This document shows positions 1 through 12,889 of a DNA stretch of 64,000 nt, in pieces. Position 1 is the first letter of the stretch; each line of letters starts with the position of its first letter. The DNA is from Paraphysomonas bandaiensis (lineage: Eukaryota; Protista; Chrysophyceae), in contig CBFFRP010000419.1 of assembly GCA_965644295.1 (NCBI GenBank), forward strand, positions 242,055 to 306,054, read 5' to 3'. The notes beneath the pieces are model-generated. The model worked only from the letters and a program-made list of their open reading frames with translations. It had not been told where the DNA came from and made no database searches. The position numbers were made by a program, and so were the translations under genes.

Positions 1-749
1 GATGTTACGGAATACAGTAGAGCGTTTGACCACCACACCACACAATAAGTATAAAGACTTCACACGTACCGAGTTTGAGTTTTCCCTTGCAACCCGGTTG
101 CGGACAAGGAGGTAGGGCGCCATTGATTTCTCCATCGACACATCTGCGCACCAGTTCCGTCTACCGATATATTAGACGTCATCTAGGAATATTTATGTCT
201 AACCTTGGTGCCAGTAATGTGCTGATTATTCCACCGCATGTAATCCTTCAACTCATCTAGTGTCTTAGCTTTATACTTGGCATACACGTTTTGCTCTGCC
301 TCACTCAAGTCATCAAGGGCATCGCCCTGGCCAAAGACCCCACGTGAGCAATGCACAATTAATACAAGATATCCCCACCCGTGCTTTCTTCGCTTCAGAA
401 CCTCCTCTACCTTCAGCTTTCCGCTTCAATGTATCTTGTGGTCTCATTATAGTCTCTCGCAGCAGATCCATCTGCTCATCACTAACCCCATCCATCTCAA
501 GATTATTAAAGAATTCTTCTGGATCAACCTTCTTTGGAATAGTAAAACAATTGACATGTACCCATGACGTCATGTTGATACTATCATCCGTTACTCGATG
601 TGTGCCTATTCTCAACTCATCTTTATTAATTTTCGATTTACACTAATAACAAAACCATTTAAATGTATTGCATATTCATGATGTTGAATACATACCTTTT
701 TGCATGTTGATCGACCGGATTTAGCAGGTTCTACGCTATATGTTGCCAT
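1..749 (-). CDS. PARP-type zinc finger + PADR1 (PARP1 Zn3-like) domain protein, multi-exon, 3' end beyond the window's left edge
   Basis: Manual splicing from ATG at 749 gives MATYSVEPAKSGRSTCKK|CKSKINKDELRIGTH...WVHVNCF (zf-PARP CxxC...HxxC). It continues ...LDELKDYMRWNNQHITGTK|TELVRRCVDGEINGALPPCPQPGCKGKLKL, which is PADR1-like. Introns are GT-AG. Confidence 0.8.
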
Positions 750-1287
750 GGCTTCTCTGTTGTAAAGTAGCTTCGTTTATAATGATGATCATAAGCAACC
801 ATTTGGCCTGAATGTAGAAACAATAATTTCAGTTAACTGAATAATCTTGCCTGTTAAAGATACCGTTTCTCGAGAGAGAGAACAGCTTTTCTTCAACTCA
901 ACAACTGAAAGTACGTGGGAACCCTTTGAAGATAGCCCTTCTGGAGAGAATACGGTAAGCAATACATTATATTTCCATCTATCTGTACGTACATACACGA
1001 CAGGTTACGTACTTAACAGGCGTGTTGTAGTGGTTAAAATAAACACAGGCATGAACCACTTATCGCATGAGCCTCTACAGGCCCCATGAGATTAACTCCA
1101 TATCAATTATGTAATTATTAAAATTATATAATGATCTCCTCATATGAGACACCTGTACATTAATACCTAAAGGAATGAGCACTGTAGTGAGGTCAAAGGT
1201 GTTAAACAAGCTACGGTCTCGAATTGTCTCTGTGGATGCAGTAGATGAAGGTTTTTTATACCTGTTTTATTATTATTGTATAAATAT

Positions 1288-2664
1288 ATGGATATGACAG
1301 TGTCTCTTATTCGTATGATATCATCCAGCTATAGTGAATATCCCAATTCTGAACACAGTGGCTCACCTTCTTCGAACTGTGGGAGTGAGTCGGGTGAAGA
1401 AAGTAGACAACTTGCCTTCACTCCACCTCGCAGTCGGGGTAATTCGAAAGAAGAGTTTCAACTGGTCGAATATGATGTCATTCGCTGTATCTGTGCCTGG
1501 TGCGTATAATTGATTGCTAGTCACAATGTGTTGACCTTTACGTAGTATCGCCTTGCAAGTGCAAAAATCTGTTGAAGACAAGTATGTACCCTCTGTACAG
1601 TATGAATGCTTTAACAAACCGTACACCAATGCCATGGATATTGACCCCTCGGTACGATTGTTGCAGTTAATGGTTATGGCTTTAATATTTGCTGGTAGGA
1701 GTACTCATTGGAAGCTATCCAGTTTATCTTTACGATTATACACAAAGAGAGCCAGATGGAGTATGAGTGCATGATAATTACCCTAATCTACTTAGAACGA
1801 TTGGCACGTCTGACCAACAATGCATTCCGGGTCTGCGAATTGAATTGGCGGTACATACTATTTACCTGCATGATGCTGGCCAGCAAGATATGGGACGATT
1901 TTGCTATGATTAATGGCGAATATGCAACGATTTTTACAAATTTGAAGCTGTCTCTGATAAATCAATTAGAGCTTGAGGCACTGAAAATATTCAACTTCTC
2001 CCTTGCAGTTAGCAATGTCGAGTACACCAGTTACCACGCGAAGATACAGGATTTGGTCGCCGCAGCCAAAGTTAAGATGGTACATGATCGCCTTGCAGTA
2101 GATTATTTCATGGCATCTGATGAAGTTGAAGTGGAGAGTATTGATAGTTATAGTTGGCCCGCATCTGCAGAGTCTTCTGCTAAATTTCCAGGCACCTTGC
2201 ACAAAAATGAGAGTGCTAAAACCACCATGAGTAGCGAGGATATTTCCGAACAAAGCAGTTTTCAGGAACGACTTCATCGTTCTCATGCTGTTCAGCCATG
2301 TACTCGATCAAATATCCCTAGCTCATGTGAGAATGAGGATGATGAGAAGTTAGAGACCGATATGACAGTTGTTCAACGCAGTGCTGCATCTGATAGCTGT
2401 CTCCTTAACCTAAAGCCGAAAAATACTGCCGCTACTGTTAATATGTGCAAAGTTGCGTCTGTCCGGAGGACACTGGAGGGAATGTTACACGCATGTCGTA
2501 AATCTTTCTCTCTTTTGCCGAAGGATTCTGCTAAAGTCCATCCCGGCAATTTACCAGTAAACAGAACTGGTTGTAGAATCTGTTTAAACCGTGAACGGAC
2601 AAGTTGTGAGTGTGATACCGAGCGCCCTTCCCTAAAGAGCATGACCATAAGTGTATATCACTAG
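1288..2664 (+). CDS. Cyclin Y-like (cyclin box) protein, 3 exons (1288-1499, 1546-1651, 1699-2664)
   Basis: Cyclin-Y-type motif EYECMIITLIYLERL...NWRYILFTCMMLASKIWDDFAMIN...INQLELEAL. Two frame-preserving GT-AG introns of 46 and 47 nt. Confidence 0.85.
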
Positions 2665-4409
2665 ATACCCTCCCCATACCAACCTATAGAAGATTTTATT
2701 TATGCGGACGCGTTTCAACGATTATTGCTTTGTTTTCTGAGGCATATGTCAATGTGTCAGGAGTGTACCTTAACCTGGGCAAATATTGATCAATTTCTAC
2801 TGTGTAGACAAAGTGTGACATTGGCATGTGTCAATTTGAAGATGATAATATTTTATTGGCGATGATGGACAGTGCTTTCTTATAATGATGATAGACCCCT
2901 TAATATTCTATATTAATCCGTCATATGGTGTCATTCATTGCTGCGTACAAACGTATCACGTATTGCTTATATATATATATATACATTGTATGTACCATAT
3001 TTGAATTATTATATTTATATTTATATTAGAAAAATGTTTTTTTTCGCTGCTTTATTATTAGCTTGCTGTACGAAATATTCCGTGTTAACTAATACATATT
3101 GTGTAAAGTTGTTATGTAGATGTCGTGAGTTCGTTTACTTTTTACATGGCCAGCTCGAGAAGCTGTGATAGCGCGGGGGTTTGTCGGCCACTATAGTACA
3201 TAAGCGTGAAAAAATGTAGTTGCATGGGGCTTTTGTTGACATTCAATCCCTGTTGGCGCAACTGACTCCAGCGCTGTGTGTATGATACTAAGCATACATT
3301 CGTGGTAAGCACGATGTGACCCTAACCATTAATTTTTTCAGTGCGTACATTAGGAAATATTATTCACCATAGACAATTTGGTTGAAAATTTATTACCAAA
3401 ACTGGTGGAATAACCTAGTCACTTAGTCACTATAGTCAAAGTAATAAATGACTCTATCTAGTAAATTTTTTGTATTAAACGTAGTCGTTCTTCTTTCCAT
3501 TGATTATACACTGTGACTGTCTAAGATACCAGCTCACAGCTCACACCACGCAACGTATGAACGATAGCTATATATATAGTGAGTGCTATTGGGAAGAGAG
3601 GTTGATAAAGCTGTCGATATAACACACTCTATGATCTGCAGGACATCTCTAGATATTTATTTGCTATATAACAGCGCTTATCTTCCTTCACCACTTCTTT
3701 TCTGAATATACACTTTATTGCAGGCTATGTAAAACACATTTATAGCTCTCTACATAACTTAATTATATATCCGTAGGGGACATTGATGCGAAGCACATGT
3801 TGAGCTCCACCAAGCTTGGCTAGCCTACAATGCAGCGAGGACCATCATAAACGATGAACCCGCCAATGTCATGGCCCTCAAGAGATTGTGGAACGGCACC
3901 GGACTTGGTCAACGAGAAGCTATCCAATTATCAATAATATGGGAATGCGAAGATGAAATGTGATTTTATTGCATGATGTTGTGCACAATAATATCTTTAT
4001 AGGAATTAAAATATGTTTTCTTTATAATAGTAGGATGATGAATATATATATATATATATAAGATACGACGGACTAGCTCAGAGTGTCAACACAGCGCAGC
4101 GTTTGATTGATGATGATAGCAGCTGGTGGAAGCGAGCACACCTTAGCATGAGCAAACTCGATACAGCAGCATGAAGCACTTGTGTGTCAGAACTATAAGT
4201 TTGAAAGAATATTTAGTAGAGCTAAAATTGTTATGACTCCTCGGCCTGATAACAACTTATGTTTTTACGTGCTGCTCCGTTTGTATATAGCTAGCTATAA
4301 TATACGTACGTAGATTAATTGCAATTTCAATTGAAGTAATTGAAATTTGGGACAACAAGTAATAACTGCAATTTTAATTGACTACAACCTGCGCCAATTA
4401 AGTGACTAC

Positions 4410-4479
4410 GCATCCGGGCTAGTTCACCTTAAGAGGACAGAGAGCTAAAGTTGTTGCACCTTGGTGCTTACGTAACGCC
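4410..4479 (+). repeat. Fragment of the dispersed short non-coding repeat family (body/tail junction)
   Basis: gcatccgggctagttcaccttaag...gttgcaccttggtgctt matches 45811-45880 and the reverse complement of 31400-31460. Confidence 0.7.
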
Positions 4480-4918
4480 AACGAGTATGATATTATCATA
4501 GTAAATGACTTGTCAGTTAAATTGTTTTGCTACATTAGTTCTGACTCTTACACCTATTTTTCTAATAATAAGACAATCGCTATGTTGCAAAGCTATAGCT
4601 ACAGCCACAAGTTGATAATAAGCGGTAGTGTTATTATTAGTTTTGTTTTATCAGGAGATATTTGTGATAGTAATGACTACTTGCATTATAATTTGTCAAG
4701 TATCACAGACTACAAAATACTGTGTGTAGCATTATACATTATAATAATGTTATTATGATGTATATATTGAATTTATAATTGTATGCGTCGTTTAATTCTT
4801 ACGGTAGCCCTCTACCATTTCACAACCCCAAATTCAAATAATTTCAGTATACTTTTCTGGTAGGGGTACACTTGTTGTGTGTAGCAATTATTGAAATTTG
4901 TTTTTGAGTTTTAGTATA

Positions 4919-5329
4919 AAGTCGAGGTAATACCAAAACCTGGTAAAGCGATTTCACCAGGTTTCATATCTAAGTATTGAGTTATTATTTTACTGTAATT
5001 TGTAGCTGAGAGGTTAAAGATAAAGAAAAAGTTGCAATTATAGTTGTTATTAGCAATTATTATTGCGTTACAAGTTGGCCCTGCCACGACTTGTGTTTTG
5101 TAATATCATATTCTCATATAGCTGCATTTGCCTCTTGAGATTGCAAACGCTCCAACCGAATAGCCTGGCTTTGGATACAATGCATACGCATAAAGCTATC
5201 TTCACCACTACTACTACTTACAGTAGTAGTATTAGTACTTATTGTGCATAGTTATACCCTTTTCCGACCATCACCAAAAATTTCACCAGGTTTTACATCA
5301 AAACCCAGGTTTTGGTATTACCTCGACTA
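4919..5329. mobile_element. MITE family A (hAT-like), copy 1
   Basis: 24-bp perfect TIR agtcgaggtaataccaaaacctgg / ccaggttttggtattacctcgact. 8-bp TSD-like flanks ttagtata / ttagtaca. Second copy at 28484-28865. Confidence 0.85.
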
Positions 5330-5409
5330 TTAGTACAAGTTATTGCTATTCCGTAAATGTACATGGATACTATTAAATACTTTGATTTCATTTGTTTTAT
5401 TAATAATGT

Positions 5410-5630
5410 TAATCAGGTAACATCTATTTTCTCTTACAGGAGCAAACTACAAAGAGCTATACATTTTATTATATAATATATATTACGTTTTTACAACAAT
5501 ATTATGTTGTCATGAGGATAAGCTTCAGGGATATATATGGAGTTTCGTCCCTCCTGTCCAAATATTATAAAACTTTGGCTATTCGTCCTCGTTTCGAAAC
5601 TTTAAGGACGATATAACTTCCTTATCCCTT
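5410..5630. repeat. Dispersed repeat with inverted-repeat core, related to 35484-35667
   Basis: Shared aatcagg.aaca.ctattt...ttacag..gcaa.ctac...gctataca...tgaggataagc followed by an imperfect IR (agggata..ggagt.tcgt.cc / aagg..cgat..ccttatccct). Confidence 0.55.
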
Positions 5631-6549
5631 CGTCAATGCTTAAGTAATTTTTTTCAGTTTTATTCTAAAAAATAAAATCTTCGTCAGTTTGAACTTTTAC
5701 AATAGCGTCATTATCGATATTATATATATATATAGGTTGTTTTCTAAATACAAATGTCAATATATTAAAGCGAAGTTTTGAATTGCTGATATTATGTTGG
5801 TAACTTGTAGCTTGTAGGTCATGTCGTGGCATATAGTGATGGAGGATGTCTCAGGCCTAATATAACATATAACTCACTCTTATGTCGCCCTTTTTGAACT
5901 CTCGCAGAATAGAACTTTCCTCCCATCAATGCCTACACATCACAGCCCCACAATACTACTCGGACACGATATATCACACCGGCGCTCCCATAACATGTCA
6001 CCCCACCTTGGCCTCCGTTGGACACTCTGGGAGTCGGCTGCGGACACACATGCAACTTGGTGGAGGAGGAAAGAACCCTCAGATTGAAACAGTAAGAATA
6101 ACGACTACGTACTATTGCGATTTCAGTGTCACGTCCATCTTTGAAAAATACTGCATTCGTATTGAATAGCATAAATAATATGTAATATTGACAAGAGATC
6201 AATTATATTAAGTTATAAACAACTGATAATAAGCTAATAAGTATTGACTGAATAGTAGAGTAATTAATTGAAAGTACCGAGTAGAATATTTTACAATATA
6301 GTGCCATAATACTTTCTACGCATAATAAATGTTTATTCGCCCTAATGATCTACAATACAATATATATATCGTTAAACATGTAGTATTCATACCAATTCTC
6401 GGTTTTGTCGAGCTTTATATGCAGAAGCAATACTACAACCAAACCTCGTATATTAACAAGTAACGAATGCTTAATAAGTATATTATCTTTCACGCAAATA
6501 ATATATCATTCATTTCTATTAAACTATATACACTACAAATAAACTCACT

Positions 6550-7212
6550 TTAAGCAGGTAGTTCATTTTCTGGTTGCTCTTTATTATACTTGTTGCGATA
6601 GTGATCTCTTAAGTTGTCATACTTCTCGTATATAACCACCCTCTTCACATCGTGCTCATCGTCCATTAGGCGCACTTGCTCGTCCATAAGAGTAGAAAAG
6701 TCTGTATCAACTTTTCTTAGCGACTCATATAAGGGCCATGTCACGCAGAATCGTACTATTGACGTCATTGAAACAAAAAATGCGCCATAAATGACAACAA
6801 AGTACCAACGTTTCAGTGTTGTCACAACGTTGCTAGACAAGTCGTCAGTATCGTCCAAGTAATCCAGAAAACGTTGTTGTCTAATAAGCAATCCTATAGC
6901 TATACCAAGTCCGGCAAGAGACATGACCACAGCCACATAACCAGATGGAATAATAGCACAGCGACAGCTCGACATCGAAATTGCAGCAAAGCTAAGAAAC
7001 GAAACGACGAGCAAAAGAGATCCTAGTGTTATAGCTGCCCAGCCAATCCACGTTGTTTCTGTCTTCTCTGGGTGGTTACCAATCTCAATTTTTAAAAATA
7101 TACCGAATATCAGTAATACACATCCAATACTGAAATCAACTACATTAAGAGCCATTATGCCAAACTTACCCACACAATTAGAGCATTTATCACAGCATGA
7201 TAATGTGGACAT
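6550..7212 (-). CDS. Four-TM tetraspanin-like protein (TOM2A/TET18-20-like)
   Basis: Starts MSTLSCCDKCSNCVGKFGIMALNVVDFSIG. Cys-rich N-terminus, four hydrophobic segments and a C-terminal helix ending LRDHYRNKY. The ORF track's longer N-terminus is microsatellite read-through. Confidence 0.7.
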   Translation of the reverse strand: MSTLSCCDKCSNCVGKFGIMALNVVDFSIGCVLLIFGIFLKIEIGNHPEKTETTWIGWAAITLGSLLLVVSFLSFAAISMSSCRCAIIPSGYVAVVMSLAGLGIAIGLLIRQQRFLDYLDDTDDLSSNVVTTLKRWYFVVIYGAFFVSMTSIVRFCVTWPLYESLRKVDTDFSTLMDEQVRLMDDEHDVKRVVIYEKYDNLRDHYRNKYNKEQPENELPA

Positions 7213-7294
7213 TTTCTTGTATGTCTTTAGCTTCGTCATGGCTTCAGTGCTGAGTAATGTCTGTTCAAGATGATGAGGATTGAATAGTAGTAGC

Positions 7295-7551
7295 ATGTAT
7301 GTATGTATGTATGTATGTATGTATGTATGTATGTGTGTATGTATGTATGTATGTATGTATGTATGTATGTATGTATGTATGTATGTATGTATGTATGTAT
7401 GTATGTATGTATGTATGTATGTATGTATGTATGTATGTATGTATGTATGTATGTATGCATGTATGTATGTATGTATGTATGTATGTATGTATGTATGTAT
7501 GTATGTATGTATGTATGTATGTATGTATGTATGTATGTATGTATGTATGTA
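7295..7551. repeat. (ATGT)n microsatellite, ~64 units, two interruptions
   Basis: Directly visible. It explains the YIHT/MYVC ORFs. Confidence 0.99.
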
Positions 7552-7985
7552 GGCAGGTACAATTGCTATCTTTTTTAGGTGTATTTTTTTGCCAATCAAA
7601 CACAGTTTACTCAAGAAAAGGGGTAGTATTTGCTTGGTATTTTAGAAATCGTCGTAATCTCGAGTAGTGGGACGCGAACATCTCTGCTGTCCGTCACAGC
7701 ATCTAGCACGTGAGGTAAACTGAAAGTATAGTTTTATAGCTATCGCTTGTATATCTGAAGAACGACCAGCCAGTGCGCCGAAGATAGACATTAACATATT
7801 TGTATATATCCATAATATTGCTACTCATATAGCTATAATTCATCTGCAAGGAGTGTATTGTATTAGGTCATCCTTCGCTACCCCTTGTGTGAATGGATGG
7901 TTAATCTACTGTTAAACCACTAGATCTATAAAAGCAGTTCTGCTGAGTTGTTTTTCCGTATATAGACTGTTGATTCTGAAGTGAT

Positions 7986-9014
7986 ATGGCGCGTGTGTGG
8001 TCTGATGCTAAGATCATTCGACAAATGTCGACGGATGATATGGACGATGACTATATGTGCGTTAACCCTAGTAGACACGTCGTAGACAGTGATTTTGATG
8101 TATTTCCTGAAGAAGATGACGAAGAAGACCACATTCAAGAGAAGTTTGGAATATTTCCGTTTGAAAGAGGTGAAAGTAGTACAGATGTAGATGAAGTGTC
8201 GGATAGGGCATGGTCTCCACCTGGGCTAGAAAATATCCCTTCACGTCGACGATATGTAAAAAAACATTCGTTTGAACCGATCGAGGCAGATGTAATGGAG
8301 TGTTTATGTTCCGAGATCCAGTCTCTCGTTGCCCCTATCCCTGATGTTCTTGATACGTCATTCGAAGTCCTGAATGTAGCTAATTCAATGGAAGATACAG
8401 GCAACCTATCTCTGTCACATCCTACTTTAGAAGATGTCCTGACTCTTTTTCAAGTTCTGTACAACACGTGTGAGCTAGAGTATGAGCTGGCATTAATAGT
8501 TGTTGTTTATCTCCGTAGAATATCTGGAAAGGGCGGGGGTATACCCTGTTCAGGACTAAGATTTCATGATTTAAACTGGAGAGGAGTACTGACATCGTCA
8601 GTGATACTGACATCAAAAGTGTGGGACGATTTTGCAGTTTTAAATTCTCACGTGGCTGCACAGCTGCCTTGTACAAACATTCAGAAAATTAATGATATGG
8701 AAATCTTACTAGCAACTTCCCTGGGGTTTGACCTGCATATTTCTGAGCTGGAACTTCAAAATTGTCACTCAACTATCAAATCTGCTGTTCAGAATAGGCG
8801 AGAGAATATTGGAGTATCGCCCCTTACATCACCTAGAATTGGCTCAACTATGGAGAGTACGCATTCTTGTCTAGCTCCGGCAAGACGGTTTAGTAAGTCG
8901 TGGTCGTGGAAACGCAGTAATAAGGTCGCGGTAGATGTTGCGGACGGCAGTGAGAAGGATGAGCTCTTGAATGGCGAATCTAGTCTTAAACCAAAGCCTC
9001 AAGCGAGTAAATAA
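7986..9014 (+). CDS. Second cyclin Y-like protein, single exon
   Basis: ELEYELALIVVVYLRRI...NWRGVLTSSVILTSKVWDDFAVLN...INDMEILL. Paralogous to 1288-2664. Confidence 0.8.
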   Translation: MARVWSDAKIIRQMSTDDMDDDYMCVNPSRHVVDSDFDVFPEEDDEEDHIQEKFGIFPFERGESSTDVDEVSDRAWSPPGLENIPSRRRYVKKHSFEPIEADVMECLCSEIQSLVAPIPDVLDTSFEVLNVANSMEDTGNLSLSHPTLEDVLTLFQVLYNTCELEYELALIVVVYLRRISGKGGGIPCSGLRFHDLNWRGVLTSSVILTSKVWDDFAVLNSHVAAQLPCTNIQKINDMEILLATSLGFDLHISELELQNCHSTIKSAVQNRRENIGVSPLTSPRIGSTMESTHSCLAPARRFSKSWSWKRSNKVAVDVADGSEKDELLNGESSLKPKPQASK

Positions 9015-9970
9015 CAGCATGAAACCAAGACATCGTGATACGTTTTCGTGTACATATACAAATGCTATGACCATGTGACTTCGAAGTGCAATAGTAGAAG
9101 AAAAAGCATGAATTGGGGCGAACTATGTACCGAGGGAATGTACATAACCATCATATATCTCTATTTCAAATGAAAAGATACAGATAAGTGTACGCATAGA
9201 TATAAATTGATAAGAGTAGCAGCAAGTGAAATAATTACGTCAACCATAGATTTATTGAAATCGATACTAACCTAAGATTTTCTTAAAACTTCTCCAGCTA
9301 ACTCTTTTGCAGAAGTCTTTAGTCTTATAGTCGAGTATTAAGCTTGTAAACTAGTATCAGCTTTTTACTGAATGACACAGTAGGTTCATACAATACGTAT
9401 AGCAGTTCTATTAAATATTAAGTAATTGCAAAAGCAGTGTAGAATTTGAAGTTCTATCACTGGAGGAATTACTATGGATTAATATTGAGGTACAAAATTC
9501 TTGACGCATTAAAGAAACAATGCATAACGTAAAATGAGCTCTAACTATTCTCAAAGTAAATCTATAGCGACAAAAAAACTAATAATTCTAGATGTATGTG
9601 TAGCTTGTATGATGAGATAATAGAACAGTATGGTGTAAAAATATCACCATGGAAATGGACACCAGTTATATTCACCCTTGTGTCGGGGTGTTATTACGAC
9701 TGTGTTGTTATCCAAAGTAATTATGTGAACAAGTTTCCGTTTTATAACATTATGTATGACGAGTGCACTTCAAGTCGCTTGTGCATATCAGAAGTAAGAA
9801 GGAGGGTGTAGTTGGAGTTGTTCCCGTGCCTCATTCTAATCTGTTTGATACTGAACTCTAGCCAGTCTTTCTTATGCGGTGTTCAAGTATTCCGCTTGTT
9901 GTACTTTATAATTGTTTCAGTTGTCTTTTATACTATATATATATGGTCCATAATTCTCACAGTAGTGAAT

Positions 9971-10410
9971 GTCTTATTATTGGCAATATATAGGCGTTAA
10001 AGAGTCAGTGCTTAACTATATGATATTCTACTCTAGTTAACGCTACGAAAGCACCAATGTGCACTCACTTTCGCACTATCACTCAAAGCAAAAGCAATAA
10101 GCAAGCGGAGTGTTGATATATACCTGACATCTGCTGACTTCAGGATTTTGAGTCCTTAAGGTGATATTCCCGGATGCTTGACTATGTACCAGAGTGACGA
10201 GCACTATCAATCACTCTACACAAGTGACACTAATTAGTGTCTCTTGTACCACACAAGCATTAGGCTATGAGCGTGGGCTGAAAATTATCTGCTGACGATA
10301 TAATAATATGCTGGTCATCATGTTAGTTTCCCTGAGAAATATATCCGCCGGTACTTATCCTCCAGTAGAACATCACGAAAAGGTGCGAGTCCGACACTTT
10401 GTTGAGGGAT
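9971..10410 (-). mobile_element. Short non-coding repeat (SINE/SIDE-like), diverged near-full-length copy
   Basis: Reverse-complement match to 17670-18063 plus tail ...taacgcctat...aataataagac. Confidence 0.8.
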
Positions 10411-11127
10411 AATTCTCTCAAGTAGAATTTTGTTTAAGCTGTTTGATTTATAAGAGTGATTAAACCGAAAGTTTATAAAGCGATGAAACCGTTATAATAA
10501 TATGTTATATATATGTAAATAATAAAGTTTTGAATATGGCCTGCGGCACACGTACTGCCCCATTCCGACAGTGTGTGGCCATATAATATATAGTGTAGGC
10601 TATGAGACATACTGATTATAATTTTACTAACTGTTTACTGTGTGAGTTTAATTTCAGTTTTTTAAGTATTTTCACTTTTCACAAACCTATGTCAGATGCT
10701 TATGTACACGCAGCCAGTTGTCCATGAGTGACGATCTCTAATTTTCTCCGAAATTTTACATTCACTGTGAATTATAATATTATATAATATGTCTATATAA
10801 TATATAGGCTTTTTCAGTTCCATTCGTTCAGATATTAATGACCTCGTCGATTAGACCAATATAGTGATGTGTTGGTCATATTGTCCAGATATTCATTCCT
10901 CACAACAACCTCAACTTACAAAACCTAAGAAAAAACACACACACATAACACTCTCTGAGTTCTTCCTGTATCATCCCCACCCTGGAAATAAGCTCCCTGA
11001 GAATCCAGCAGAATCTCAAATGTGTACTATCATTCAATATGGCAAGGAATTCGCTTCTTGTGAAGTGTGTTAGACCGGAAATATAATCTCAGATTTAGAG
11101 CAGAAGGTGCATCACTTGACAACTACG

Positions 11128-11357
11128 GGTATGTATGTTTTTTGTAGGGTGTTATAGGTATGTACATGTCTTGTAGGGTGATATATATAGTTATATCTAA
11201 GACTCGAAGGGTACGATGGGTACATGTTTGCCTCGAAGGGGCGGCGTTTTGGTTATATATATCTTGCAGGGTGTTATAGTTATGTATGACTTGTAGGGTG
11301 TTATGATGGTTATGTCTTGTAGGGTGTTATGGGTATGTATGTATTTCTTGTAGGGTA
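11128..11357. repeat. Degenerate minisatellite (unit ~ttgtagggtgttatgggtatgtatgt)
   Basis: About 7 imperfect units. One more unit at ~12368-12390, on the far side of the LINE relic. Confidence 0.7.
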
Positions 11358-12330
11358 CGTCTCATTCCAAGACCGCAAACGCGAAACTGCATATTTGTGG
11401 AACAAAAAGCCTACGCAATGGGCAGAAATCGAGCCAAGGGCAAAATTGGAGACGACCTCTCAGCAACCGCCAAATGTACAGCCTGCGACTACACAACGGC
11501 AGCATGGCACACATGCTCCTCCAACGCACACACCCGGAGGTTGCCCGAATACGTGAACACGCATTCCAAACACAGCAAACTCAACTTGACAAACTCCATA
11601 GGCAACGACACCCTCTTCCATGGTTCCACAACGCCCTGACCAAAATGGCGAGGGCTGCATGGGATCCTACCACACCCCAAGTTGAGAGATACTGGACCGG
11701 TCAACTCACCGCATCGCAACTAGCAAACGCCTTTGGCCGCAACATTTCCACATCAATACTCGAACACCAGTTAGTTCCACAAACTAGAAAAATCCGTCAC
11801 CAAGATTCTGCTCCCTCTCTACAATGGAGGGATAAACATGCTCAAAAACAGAGGCTGCAGACATCACAACATCGATGTGACAACAACGACGCAGCCCTCA
11901 ACTCCTGCACGCTTGCAACCACACCGCACACACACTGCCACTAATCCGACAATCCTCCAGTTACTTCAAGTAACATCCACCCCTAGAGCCACCCCCCCAC
12001 ACGTTCTCGCTCCCAACGCAGGCCTGTAAACCCGGTCCGGAAGCAAATGATCCTCACTACTGAACAAATCCCCAACACGACTGGAAATCCCAGACCCTCT
12101 GTCACCGACTCACACTCACGTACCACACCTCTCCCTCCACATCCCGGCTCACATGCGGCTCCGGACAGCCAGAAACATTACCCAAAGGAAGACCACCGGA
12201 CTGAATCCAATATAAGGGATGGTTGCACCATGGTGCTCGCAGCAATGCACAAGCAGTCCCGAGACAACTGAGTATTTAGTAATCCGTGTTACTAATAGTC
12301 TAAAGTCATAGATAGCTAAATACAATAGTT
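11358..12330 (+). mobile_element. 5'-truncated, frameshifted non-LTR retrotransposon ORF2 3' end (divergent subfamily)
   Basis: GRNRAKGK...KCTAC...MAHMLLQ.THPEVARIREHAF...AWDPTTPQVERYWTGQLT aligns with 43850-44200 (GRNRAKTK...CSDC...LKHMCLDC...AWNPSVPQVERLWTGTIT). Ends PKGRPPD* at 12181-12204. Confidence 0.8.
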
Positions 12331-12889
12331 CTCTCAGGTAATAATCAGATCTTTATATATGTCTCTAAGGGTGTTATGGGTATGTATGTGAGGGGGTCTG
12401 TAACTCTACTAACAGTCACCATTACATACATATACGAACACGAATCATTTCAGTGGAGGGGTTGAAGAGAACATGACGGTCAAGCAGATAATTATCGTCT
12501 TCTGTTGCAGACATCATCTTTTTAACGGCACTGTAGAGAGTTTAATGAACCATGACGAGGTGCACTGCCTTCCATGATATAGCCAGATATACACACCATG
12601 TCTGCCTCCACACTCTACACACAACAGTATACCGGTATACCGTATACTGATAAATACAACATACTGTACATTTCCGTTCGACAACTTTGCAGAGCAGAGA
12701 CGAGCGAAGTGGGGCCTTCTGAAGCAACTCAACTCCAGGCAACGGCTGACTCCCTCCACATCACAATAAAGAGAACGATATCATATTTACATACTGACAA
12801 ACAGCCCATCTCATGTTACGCAACACCGATCACGCCGTGCGATGACTAGTATTATTATTCCATAGACAATATACCTGATACGAGTAGAT

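Noticed and set aside
3780-3960. Protein-like stretch (..ALKRLWNGTG..) resembling the LINE RLWTG block
   Set aside because: Too short and stop-bounded to assign.
7236-7667. YIHT/MYVC repeat ORFs and the 134-aa N-terminal extension of the tetraspanin ORF
   Set aside because: Artifacts of a stop-free (ATGT)n microsatellite.
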